The translations under genes and the position numbers were made by a program. Under the pieces are notes generated by a model, which saw only the letters and a program-made list of their open reading frames with translations, did no database searches and had not been told where the DNA came from. Positions 17,201-24,375 of a stretch of 24,375 bases of DNA are shown here, piece by piece. Each line of letters starts with the position of its first letter. Position 1 is the first letter of the stretch. The stretch is from Christensenellaceae bacterium (GTDB lineage Bacteria > Bacillota > Clostridia > Christensenellales > Borkfalkiaceae), in assembly GCA_045600785.1 (NCBI GenBank), contig JAZRYO010000225.1, positions 1 to 24,375 on the forward strand, written 5' to 3'.

Positions 17201-17819
17201 CGGTTGGGCATACGATATCGGCTACGGCGGACTCGACCACGTTCTCGCTATGGGCGAAGACGTTAACGTTTTAGTCGTAGATACCGAAGTTTACTCTAAC
17301 ACCGGCGGACAAGCAAGTAAATCTACTCCTACGGGTTCGGTTGCGAAATTCGCATCGGGCGGTAAGAGAGTCAAGAAGAAAGACCTTGGTATGATGGCTA
17401 TGAGTTATGGATACGTTTACGTCGCACAATGCGCTATGGGTTCGAATAAGCAACAATTCTTGAACGCTATAACCGAGGCCGAGGCGTACGACGGTCCTTC
17501 GCTTATCATTTGCTATGCGCCTTGTATCAACCACGGTATCAATATGACCAACTCGCAAAACGAAGAAAAGAAGGCTGTTGACGCAGGATACTGGCACTTA
17601 TACAGATATAATCCCGACAAAGTCGGAACTGACGTCAATCCGTTCACTTTGGACAGTAAAGACCCGACCGAAAGTTATCAAGACTTCTTACTCGGCGAAA
17701 CCCGTTATGCTTCGCTTAAAAAAGCACAACCCGAACTTGCCGACACTCTCTTCGGAAAGGCAGAAGAAGAAAACACCGCAAGACTTAACAAATATAAGAA
17801 ACTTGCAGGAAAAGAATAA
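14292..17819 (+). CDS. nifJ: Pyruvate:ferredoxin (flavodoxin) oxidoreductase, 1175 aa
   Basis: YPITPS, EMQSEAGAAG, two CxxCxxCxxxCP ferredoxin motifs, GACAGCGETPY, ATGCSSIYGG, GGDGWAYDIG. Confidence 0.98.
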   Translation: MKIMTIDGNTAASHVAYAFSEVAAIYPITPSSPMAEVADEWSTAGRTNMFGQKLRLAEMQSEAGAAGAVHGSLSAGALTVTYTASQGLLLMIPNMYKIAGELLPCVFHVSARALAAHSLNIFGDHSDVMACRQTGFAMLASNSVQEVMDLALVAHLSTLKAKVPFLHFFDGFRTSHEVSKIEAIDYEDMKNLVDIKDIEDFRARALNPEHPIQKGTAQNSDTYFQNRESANVYYEAVPAIVQKNMDKVSALTGRSYHLFDYVGAPDAENVVVIMGSGAEAIDETITKLNKEGHKLGLIKVRLYRPFSTKAFVKAIPKTCKKIAVLDRTKEPGSLGEPLYLDVCTALTEANKKKIKVVGGRYGLGSKEFNPSMIYAVYKNLELDKPKNHFTVGIYDDLTNTSLDFSTQYNAAPEGTISCKFYGLGSDGTVGANKNSIKIIGDHTDMYAQGYFFYDSKKSGGITVSHLRFGKTPIQSSYLIDAADFIACSQPSYLTRYDMAGDLKDGGKFLLNCEWDSAEAIENNLPAEMKQNLAKKHAKLYVIDAIKIAQSIGLGGRTNAIMQAAFFKVNPEIMPYAEAEEWMKQYVKKSYGKKGDAVVNMNYAAIDKASSELKEIQIPSSWANATTGATPNKLADNDYFKEVIHPILALKGDKLPSSKFNADGHVPTGTTKFEKRGVAVKIPSWNAENCIQCNQCAFVCPHACIRPCLVKDGEKVPSSFTTKVAIGLKGYSYRMQVSPLDCMGCGVCVQVCPTKEESRALTMVALESVVKPESENYEFSEKVEKVDVSATFKPTTVKGSQFKKPLFEFSGACAGCGETPYVKVITQMFGDRMVVANATGCSSIYGGSSPTCPYTKNDEGHGPAWANSLFEDNAEFGYGINLAYAQRRSKLADVMRQALDLGLKGRVGDSFKTWLENKKSPEITKQVASSLELALPSAIKNAKGDLKELLKDVQKSLDCIVKKSVWIFGGDGWAYDIGYGGLDHVLAMGEDVNVLVVDTEVYSNTGGQASKSTPTGSVAKFASGGKRVKKKDLGMMAMSYGYVYVAQCAMGSNKQQFLNAITEAEAYDGPSLIICYAPCINHGINMTNSQNEEKKAVDAGYWHLYRYNPDKVGTDVNPFTLDSKDPTESYQDFLLGETRYASLKKAQPELADTLFGKAEEENTARLNKYKKLAGKE

Positions 17820-17832
17820 TTTTCAAAAAATT

Positions 17833-17864
17833 AGTCGTAGCGAATTTTCGCTACGACTTTTTTT
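17833..17864. terminator. Terminator between the convergent nifJ and birA genes
   Basis: AGTCGTAGCGA-attt-TCGCTACGACT followed by a T-run on plus; A-run before the stem. Confidence 0.88.
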
Positions 17865-17871
17865 ATGCCGT

Positions 17872-18543
17872 TTATTTAATTTTAGTAATCTCGGCGGAAG
17901 ATAATTTTTTGCCACCGCTTAAAACTATTCGCCCGTCGGTTAATATATCTTCGCATTTGGTTTGATAACTCTTTCCGTTTTCTTCTACGGTTATCTCTTT
18001 TCCTATTATACAACTTTTCGTCTTATATTCTAAAAAATCATAGTCCGTTTGCAAATTGAAAATCAAAGTGAAAAGCACCGAATTAAAATCTACTTCGCAA
18101 TTTAATTCGTTTTTCATAGTCGTCGCAATATTTTCGATGTCGCAAGGTAAATCGTTATTTGCGTTAAGTCCTATCCCGACGTACGAACGGACTACGTCAT
18201 CTTTCGACAAGACGTTCTCCGTTAAAATTCCGCATATCTTTTTGCCGTTTACTATTATATCGTTCGGCCATTTGATTTTTGCGTCTAAATTAAAAGCCTT
18301 CAAAGTTTTGCATACTGCCATCGACGAATTTACGACGAGTGAAAATGCGTCGCTTGACTTACAGGGGTTAAGCGATATTTTCGTCAAATATATTCCGCCA
18401 TACTCGGAAGAAAAACTTCGCCCCTTTGTTCCCATACCTTTCGTTTGCCGTCTTGCGACTATCACCGTGTCTTCGCTGATTTTCTTTAATTTTTTGGCGT
18501 AAGAAAAGGACGAATTAAGTTTGTTTTTAATAATCGTCTTCAT
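17872..18543 (-). CDS. birA: Biotin-protein ligase family protein without an N-terminal HTH
   Basis: KWPNDIIVNGKKICGILTE and VGIGLNAN; the biotin-loop motif is degenerate (QTKGMGTKGRSF). Confidence 0.8.
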   Translation of the reverse strand: MKTIIKNKLNSSFSYAKKLKKISEDTVIVARRQTKGMGTKGRSFSSEYGGIYLTKISLNPCKSSDAFSLVVNSSMAVCKTLKAFNLDAKIKWPNDIIVNGKKICGILTENVLSKDDVVRSYVGIGLNANNDLPCDIENIATTMKNELNCEVDFNSVLFTLIFNLQTDYDFLEYKTKSCIIGKEITVEENGKSYQTKCEDILTDGRIVLSGGKKLSSAEITKIK

Positions 18544-19147
18544 CTTTAATTATACTTTCGACTGCCGATTTCGATACGTCGTAGTCGAACCCTTTTGAAA
18601 GTAGATATTTATAGCACTTTAATTTAGTCGCTTTATCTCTCGGTTTGTTTTTCAAATATTTTTCGGCGACGAAAATTGCGCTTTCGTTTTCGCCGTCCAA
18701 AGTTTTAATCGCATTTTCTATATCTTTATCCGACACGCCCTTTCTTTTAAGTTCTAAAACAAGCAGTCTTTTCCCCTTGGTTTTTTTATAGACACGGATA
18801 TAATCTTCGGCGTATTCTTCGTCGCTTAAATATCCGTAAGACGAAATTTTATCGATTACTTCACTTATAAGTTCACTTAAATACCCTTTGCCTTTAAGAT
18901 AAGTTTCGACTTGCTTTTTGGTCTTTTTCGTCCTTGAAATATAGTTAAGCGCTTTGTCGGTTGCGATAAGCCTTTCGGAATCGGACTGCATTTTTTTTAT
19001 TGCGTCTTCTTCCACCGTTTGCCCGATTTTAAGTCTGTTTTTTATGACCGTTTCAAGTTCTAATCCGCAATAGTAGGCGTTATCCAAATATATATTTACA
19101 CGCTTTTTATTTTTAACTTGCGCTTTTAAGTCGGTTATCGTTTTCAT
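18527..19147 (-). CDS. recX: RecX regulatory protein (long Firmicutes form)
   Basis: KRVNIYLD N-domain, ALNYIS, YGYLSDEEYA, ELKRKGV, LLSKGFDYD; start 19147 chosen from the TAATG overlap with the yigZ stop. Confidence 0.88.
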   Translation of the reverse strand: MKTITDLKAQVKNKKRVNIYLDNAYYCGLELETVIKNRLKIGQTVEEDAIKKMQSDSERLIATDKALNYISRTKKTKKQVETYLKGKGYLSELISEVIDKISSYGYLSDEEYAEDYIRVYKKTKGKRLLVLELKRKGVSDKDIENAIKTLDGENESAIFVAEKYLKNKPRDKATKLKCYKYLLSKGFDYDVSKSAVESIIKDEDDY

Positions 19148-19764
19148 TATAGGCAAATATATTCTTCTCCTATTTTTTCTACCGTCATTTGACCGTTAAA
19201 TAAGTCGAAAAGTCCGTCTATATATTGATTTTCCGATTTTTTGACGGCTATCGTCATTTTAACTCCGTCCGAAAATTCGGAATTTAATACCTTCGTTTTT
19301 TTGTTTTCGTTATACTTGATAAAAAGAGAATATTTATCGTAAGAAAAATTCAACGATAAAATTTGCGACAAAAAAACTTCTTCTTTTTTTGCGCTTTCCA
19401 AACAGGCTTTTGCCGTCTTTCCGTAAGCCCTTACGAGTCCGCCCGTTCCGAGTTTAATTCCGCCGAAATATCTTACGACCGCAACGACCGTATCGACAAG
19501 CCCCAACCCTTTTATGCTCTCTAAAATAGGCAGTCCTGCCGTGCCTTGCGGTTCGCCGTCGTCCGAAAATCTCGATATTTCACCTTTCTCTACTATAAAC
19601 GCAAAACAAACGTGCGTCGAAAAGGGGTGCAGTTTTTTGATTTTATCCAAAAACTCCCGTGCCTTTTCTTCGGTTTCGACTTTTTCCGCAAACGCTATAA
19701 ACCGAGATTTTTCTATTTTTTCTTCTACGGTAAAAAATTCTTTTACTCTTAAATATTCGTCCAT
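19147..19764 (-). CDS. IMPACT family (YigZ) protein
   Basis: IEKSRFIA, STHVCFAF, FSDDGEPQGTAG, VVRYFGGIKLGTGGLVRAY. Confidence 0.92.
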   Translation of the reverse strand: MDEYLRVKEFFTVEEKIEKSRFIAFAEKVETEEKAREFLDKIKKLHPFSTHVCFAFIVEKGEISRFSDDGEPQGTAGLPILESIKGLGLVDTVVAVVRYFGGIKLGTGGLVRAYGKTAKACLESAKKEEVFLSQILSLNFSYDKYSLFIKYNENKKTKVLNSEFSDGVKMTIAVKKSENQYIDGLFDLFNGQMTVEKIGEEYICL

Positions 19765-19776
19765 ATTATAATTTAA

Positions 19777-19798
19777 GGCCGTTGCAAATGCAACAGCC
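19777..19798 (-). terminator. Hairpin after jag (weak U-tract; partial terminator or stabiliser)
   Basis: Minus GGCTGTTGC-attt-GCAACGGCC followed by TTAAATT. Confidence 0.45.
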
Positions 19799-19811
19799 TT
19801 TATCTTTTTCG

Positions 19812-20564
19812 TTAATTATTGTCGTCTTTAAGACTGTTTCCTAAAAACGTTCCCCAACCGCTCGTTTTAGGTCTTGGAGTTTTGGGCGCAAAATCTTTTT
19901 TGTCGCCGTAGTCTTTTCTATGACCGTCCTTGCGGTTTTTATCGTAGGGTTTTAAGTTGTTAGGGATAATGACTACAAATCTATTCGGTTCTTTACCTTC
20001 GGACTGCGTTTTGACTTCGGTCGAATCGGAAAGTGCCGAGTGCAAAATTCTTCTTTCGTACGGATTCATAGGTTCGAGAGATACTTTTCTACCCGTTCTG
20101 ACTGCCTTGTCGGCAAGTTTTTTAGCAAGCGCAACGAGTGTTTCTTCTCTCTTTTCTCTATAACCTTCGCAGTTTACGACTACTCGCCTATAATCGTCTT
20201 TTCCGATATTTGCAACCGCTCCTGCCAACGTTTGAAGGGCGTCTAATACTTCTCCCCTGTATCCTATAAGCGTCGGCGAATTGTCGGTTATAACGTCGAT
20301 GACGAGTTTGTCTTCTTCGCTTTTGAGATTACACTTTGCCGTAATTCCCAAAATTTCGAAAAGTCCGTCTAAAAACGAAACCGCCTTTTCTCCGTCCGAA
20401 CTTATTTTATTGATTTCAACTTCCGCTTTTTTTGTCGTTATGCCGAAAAATCCTTTCGTTTCTTCGCAAATAACCTTAATTTCGGCTTCTTCTTTTTTAA
20501 GGTTTAATTCATTAAGACCGTTTTCTATCGCTTCGCTTACGGTCTTTCCGTAAAATCTTGACAT
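19812..20564 (-). CDS. jag: RNA-binding protein Jag/EloR/KhpB (Jag_N, KH, R3H)
   Basis: GKTVSEAIENGLNEL, KGFFG, LIGYRGEVLDALQ, EPMNPYERRILH. Confidence 0.95.
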   Translation of the reverse strand: MSRFYGKTVSEAIENGLNELNLKKEEAEIKVICEETKGFFGITTKKAEVEINKISSDGEKAVSFLDGLFEILGITAKCNLKSEEDKLVIDVITDNSPTLIGYRGEVLDALQTLAGAVANIGKDDYRRVVVNCEGYREKREETLVALAKKLADKAVRTGRKVSLEPMNPYERRILHSALSDSTEVKTQSEGKEPNRFVVIIPNNLKPYDKNRKDGHRKDYGDKKDFAPKTPRPKTSGWGTFLGNSLKDDNN

Positions 20565-20588
20565 TTTTAACTCCTTTATTTTAAGAGA

Positions 20589-22277
20589 TTATCTTCTCTT
20601 TCCGTATCTCGCTTGTCCGAATTTATCGTCAATTTCTTCTTGTATTTTTTTGTTGAACTTTCTCTCGACGAGTTTATTTATAAGTATAGTAGATATCGTC
20701 GATAAAAGCGTACTCGTTATCATATATATCGAAAAGCCCGCCGAATATATAAACGCAAATATACCGAAAGTTATCGGCATAATCCACATCATCATTTTTT
20801 GAGATTGTGCCGCCGTGCCTTCGTTTCCGTCAACCGTGGATAATTCCATTTGCGTCTTTTGTTGTTTGGACGATATAAGCGTTGACAGTAGCATCGACGC
20901 AATAGATAAAACTATTAAAACGAAATAGCCGTTTCCTTTGCCGAAACCCTTTTCCTTTTCTTCGGGAAGATACGCCGTCGCTTCGTCGTAGGTGTATTCG
21001 TATCCGCTCGTTATAAGAGTATTTTTATTGCCGTTTACTCTCGACGTAAAACTCGAAAAATCGGAAATTGCAGTATTAAAAGGACTGTCCGCTACCCAAA
21101 TATTTTTAACCCAGAAAAATACGTTCGACTTTGCTTTTACTTCGTCGTATTTATCCTTTGCGCTTTGTCTTGCTTTATCTAAAATTACGTCGTTTTTATA
21201 ATCTTCGATTACCGATTCTATGGCGAAATTTCCGACCGTCTTTTCGCTTAACATGTTGGCTTTTGCTATTAGTTCACCGTCCGAAAAAACTATCGCTGAC
21301 GCATCTATACCCTTGTTTTCGTCGAAATATACGGATAAATCTTCTTGAATATCTCCGCTAATAAACCAAGCGTTTACTTGTCTTATAAACGACGCTTTGT
21401 CGGTAAATTGATAATAGCCGTTTGGACGGAGTTTAACGCATTTTTCTCCGCTTATTAAACTGTCTTCCGAAATCGTTTGCAAAAGTTCGGACGGAACTTT
21501 TCTTATTATATAATCTTGTGCAACGCAACTTAAATTTTCTTTTAAGTTTTCGTTCTCGTAATTAAATTCGCCCGCAAACGTAAAATAATTTTTTATCTTC
21601 GGAAAATCTTTGAACAGTTTGTTATCGGGATTTTCTAACGTTGAAAATTTAAGCGAAACTTCTTCGACGTTTCCCGACCTTTCGGTAGGCAATTCGAAAA
21701 ATTCCGAATAGTTTTTAAGCGCACTGTCCGTATAAACGAAAAGTTCGCCGTCTTCGTCTTTTCCGACGGCTTTATTTCCGTCGTCGTCCAAGACCAAAAC
21801 GAGTTCTTCGTTATACGCTTTTGCCATTTCGTTTATAACTTTAAGTTCGCTTATTCTCGAATAACTCGAAAACGCACCTATAACTATTATAAAGAACACG
21901 AGTGAAACGATGGTCGGCAAACACGCCGAAAAAGCCGAATAACCGTTCTTTTTGTATAACGCCATCATTTTTTGTTGGTAAAGTTCTTTGTTGTTTGCGT
22001 ATTGTTTTTGTAATTTTTTCAAGTCGTCTTGCATCGCTTCCATTTTCAAAGAGTTCTTTTTCATAGACGCTCTCGAATAAATGTCGAGTGGCAAGGTGAT
22101 TAGTTTTAAGGCAACCGTAAATAATATTATTCCTATACCTACGTCGCTTATAAGTCCTATAAGCCAAGTAATTATTTTACTTATCAGCGGATATTTTACC
22201 GCCGCCGAAATAACTTCTTCGGAAATTACTGTAAGGGACGAAAAACTTACGGTTGAAAGAAGATTTACAAAATTCAT
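20589..22277 (-). CDS. yidC: Membrane protein insertase YidC with a large internal insertion, 562 aa
   Basis: GIGIILFTVALKLITLPL, coiled-coil region with QQKMMALYK, SACLP, FFWVKNIW, MMMWIMP, GFSIYMITS; position in the rpmH-rnpA-yidD-yidC-jag cluster. Confidence 0.9.
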   Translation of the reverse strand: MNFVNLLSTVSFSSLTVISEEVISAAVKYPLISKIITWLIGLISDVGIGIILFTVALKLITLPLDIYSRASMKKNSLKMEAMQDDLKKLQKQYANNKELYQQKMMALYKKNGYSAFSACLPTIVSLVFFIIVIGAFSSYSRISELKVINEMAKAYNEELVLVLDDDGNKAVGKDEDGELFVYTDSALKNYSEFFELPTERSGNVEEVSLKFSTLENPDNKLFKDFPKIKNYFTFAGEFNYENENLKENLSCVAQDYIIRKVPSELLQTISEDSLISGEKCVKLRPNGYYQFTDKASFIRQVNAWFISGDIQEDLSVYFDENKGIDASAIVFSDGELIAKANMLSEKTVGNFAIESVIEDYKNDVILDKARQSAKDKYDEVKAKSNVFFWVKNIWVADSPFNTAISDFSSFTSRVNGNKNTLITSGYEYTYDEATAYLPEEKEKGFGKGNGYFVLIVLSIASMLLSTLISSKQQKTQMELSTVDGNEGTAAQSQKMMMWIMPITFGIFAFIYSAGFSIYMITSTLLSTISTILINKLVERKFNKKIQEEIDDKFGQARYGKRR

Positions 22278-22284
22278 TTTTTAC

Positions 22285-22533
22285 CTATATTAGCCATTTT
22301 TTTATTTGCGGACTGTCTGGTACGGGGTCAAATCCACCCTTCCCCAAAGAATTACATCTTAAAATTCTCCAAATAATTAAAAAGAAAGCAATGAAAAAAT
22401 TACGCTTTTGCATCGCTTCTATTGCGTAAACCGAACAGGTCGGTTTGAATATACAACCGCTATTTAGTCCTGCCGATATATACTTTTTGTAGAATTTAAG
22501 AAGTTTTATCGCAAGCAAATTAAATATTTTCAT
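22285..22533 (-). CDS. yidD: Membrane protein insertion efficiency factor YidD
   Basis: CIFKPTCSVYA...WRILRCNSLGKGGFDPVP. Confidence 0.93.
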   Translation of the reverse strand: MKIFNLLAIKLLKFYKKYISAGLNSGCIFKPTCSVYAIEAMQKRNFFIAFFLIIWRILRCNSLGKGGFDPVPDSPQIKKWLI

Positions 22534-22847
22534 TACTTCAAATTATCTAAAAGAGAGACAAAGTCTTCTTTATACTCGTTAAAGAAATACCCGTCTCTGA
22601 CTTTTGGAATAACCACCATATAGAATTTCAAATTCTCTCTCCCTTTAATCGTTTGGTAAAAGGACGCACGAAGAAGCCTTTTTATTCTGTTTCTTTTAAC
22701 GGCGTTTCCGTGCCTTTTCCCGACCGAAAATCCGACTTTCAATTCGTCGGACGGAAGATAATTTATAGATAGCGTTTTTCCGTATATCCGTTTTCCTTTT
22801 TTGAAAACCCTGTCAAAGTCGCTATCTTTTTTTAATCTGCTTTTCAA
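22533..22847 (-). CDS. rnpA: Ribonuclease P protein component (TTG start)
   Basis: RLKKDSDFDRVFKKG, VGFSVGKRHGNAVKRNRIKR (RNR motif). Confidence 0.95.
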   Translation of the reverse strand: MKSRLKKDSDFDRVFKKGKRIYGKTLSINYLPSDELKVGFSVGKRHGNAVKRNRIKRLLRASFYQTIKGRENLKFYMVVIPKVRDGYFFNEYKEDFVSLLDNLK

Positions 22848-22849
22848 TT

Positions 22850-22984
22850 TTAGTACGTTAATCTCTTACGACCTTTATTACGTCTTCTTTTAAGAACGTT
22901 TCTTCCGCTTTTAGATGCCATTCTTTTTCTAAATCCGTGAACCTTGTTTCTCGTTTTTTTCTTGGGTTGGTAAGTTCTTTTCAT
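22850..22984 (-). CDS. rpmH: 50S ribosomal protein L34, 44 aa (below the ORF-track size cutoff)
   Basis: Manual translation [44 protein letters not shown]; SD AGGAG. Confidence 0.98.
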   Translation of the reverse strand: MKRTYQPKKKTRNKVHGFRKRMASKSGRNVLKRRRNKGRKRLTY

Positions 22985-23019
22985 TTTTGTTTACTCCTAA
23001 ATTTTTTTATGCGTATTAA

Positions 23020-23049
23020 ATTATACTTTATTTTTTATTACTTTGTCAA
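23020..23049 (-). promoter_or_regulatory. sigmaA-type promoter of rpmH
   Basis: TTGACA (23049-23044), 18 nt, TATAAT (23025-23020). Confidence 0.75.
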
Positions 23050-23054
23050 TAAAT

Positions 23055-24161
23055 TTACTGCATTATACGAAGGGGAAGTACGAGATATAAATAATCTTCT
23101 CCCGAAAACGGCTTGATTATCGCCGGCGATATTGCGTTCGTAAAGAATATTTTAACAAATTCGTCGGTCGTCGCTTTAAGTGCGTCGCCTATATACCTTG
23201 CGTTAAACGCTATGCTTATATCCTTTCCTTCCATATTCGTTAAAACGTTTTCGTTTACGTTTCCTTTTTCGGACGCCGAAGATACCGCAATGTTATTGTC
23301 TTTAATATCGAGTTTAATTAAATTATTCTCGTTTTCTCTCGATACTATAAGCGCTCTTTCGAGTGCGTTTAATAAACTTAATCTGTTTACTTTGATATTA
23401 GTTAAAAACTCGGTCGGTATTATCTGATTGTAATTTATAAATTCGCCTTCTAAAAGCCTTGTGGTAAATACCGTATCATCGACTTCTATCATAAATAAAT
23501 TTTCTTCGGATATAAAGGTTATTTCTTCTTCGTCTTTATCTAATAATCTCGTAATTTCGGATAATGCCCTTGCGGGTATTATTATCTTAAAGTCCCCCGA
23601 AGAATTTTTAAGCGTCTTTTTGATTTTCGCCAACCTAAATCCGTCGAGTGCTACGACGCAAAGTTCACTTCCTTTAACTTCAAATAGACAACCTTTAAGT
23701 ATAGGACGGCTTTCGTCAACCGAACTGCAAAACGCAGTTTTATTTATAACGTCTTTGAAATCCTTTTGTAAAATAGAGAACGCTTTTTCTTTTAAGTCCT
23801 TTTTGATTATCGGATAATCGCTTGCGGACATACAAGAGAATATACTCGAACTTTCTCCATAACTTATTTTAAGTATTCCTTCTTCTTCGGTTATAAGTTC
23901 GACTTGGTCTTCAAATTCGAGTTTTTTGGTAAATTCAACGAATATTTTACCGTAAATAACGGTTTCGCCTTCTTCGTACGTATCCGCTCTTATCGTCTTT
24001 TCGATAGCAATTTCCAAATCGGTTGCAGTCAAAGTGAGTAAGTCCCCTTTAACCGATAACTTTATTCCTTCAAGTATTTGATTCGGCGTTCTTATACTTA
24101 TTGCCTTTGATACCTTCATTACTGCCGAAGATAAATCGTTTCCGTTCACGATAACTTTCAT
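23055..24161 (-). CDS. dnaN: DNA polymerase III beta sliding clamp
   Basis: ILEGIKL, ATDLEIAI, SRPILKG, VALDGFRLA, RLLEGEFINYNQIIP, IAFNARY, YLVLPLR. Confidence 0.97.
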   Translation of the reverse strand: MKVIVNGNDLSSAVMKVSKAISIRTPNQILEGIKLSVKGDLLTLTATDLEIAIEKTIRADTYEEGETVIYGKIFVEFTKKLEFEDQVELITEEEGILKISYGESSSIFSCMSASDYPIIKKDLKEKAFSILQKDFKDVINKTAFCSSVDESRPILKGCLFEVKGSELCVVALDGFRLAKIKKTLKNSSGDFKIIIPARALSEITRLLDKDEEEITFISEENLFMIEVDDTVFTTRLLEGEFINYNQIIPTEFLTNIKVNRLSLLNALERALIVSRENENNLIKLDIKDNNIAVSSASEKGNVNENVLTNMEGKDISIAFNARYIGDALKATTDEFVKIFFTNAISPAIIKPFSGEDYLYLVLPLRIMQ

Positions 24162-24189
24162 AAGCGGTCTCCTTGTTAGTTTATTTATT

Positions 24190-24375
24190 AAATAGTTTTA
24201 ATAATAGAAATAATAGTCTTTGTTGAAATGTTGACAAACTTTATTTTTTAAGGAAAATAAATTAAAAGTAATAAATTTTTGCCTTGATAACTTGTTAATT
24301 TAAGTTGACTAAAACTTGATAAACGGCAAGTTATCAACGTGGACTTTTCGTATAATAATATTATATATAATATAT
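24190..24375. other. Probable oriC unwinding region upstream of dnaN
   Basis: Tandem box-like 9-mers (24221-24237) adjacent to in-register TAA/TAG triplets (24199-24216), an AT-rich tract, and further TTATCAA motifs at 24282-24339. Confidence 0.65.

Noticed and set aside
19148-19156. RecX start at 19156 (MPI extension)
   Set aside because: The TAATG overlap at 19147 with the yigZ stop is the more typical coupled start
1-24375. tRNA or rRNA genes
   Set aside because: No cloverleaf with a T-loop/CCA signature or rRNA-like segment found in any intergenic region

Overview
Origin-proximal chromosomal window of a low-GC Bacillota (Clostridia-like) bacterium. The lineage is inferred from gene content, sigmaA promoters and Shine-Dalgarno (SD) sites. 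Most genes are on the minus strand. Reading right to left: a probable oriC unwinding region, dnaN, rpmH-rnpA-yidD-yidC-jag, yigZ-recX-birA, nifJ (plus strand), ecfA1-ecfA2-ecfT-truA, an accessory insert (COG1373-type AAA ATPase, bPH_2-like membrane protein, small XRE regulator), rplM-rpsI, tldD-tldE-lipoprotein, and rpsL-rpsG-fusA (fusA cut by the window edge). The most notable non-housekeeping signals are: (1) an exact 68-bp direct repeat of the truA 3' end plus terminator that brackets the ATPase gene as a 1,458-bp integrase-less cassette; (2) an intergenic array of a 7-nt linker ACTTCAC alternating with variable mini-hairpins, mostly with G(N)nA loops; (3) dnaN co-oriented with and directly upstream of rpmH, unlike the canonical divergent layout, with DnaA-trios and TCAA-type box variants; (4) a K88R substitution in S12; (5) a multi-stem rpsL-rpsG intergenic RNA; (6) twin palindromic operator candidates between the XRE and PH-domain genes. 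No rRNA, tRNA, CRISPR array, transposase or integrase was seen.
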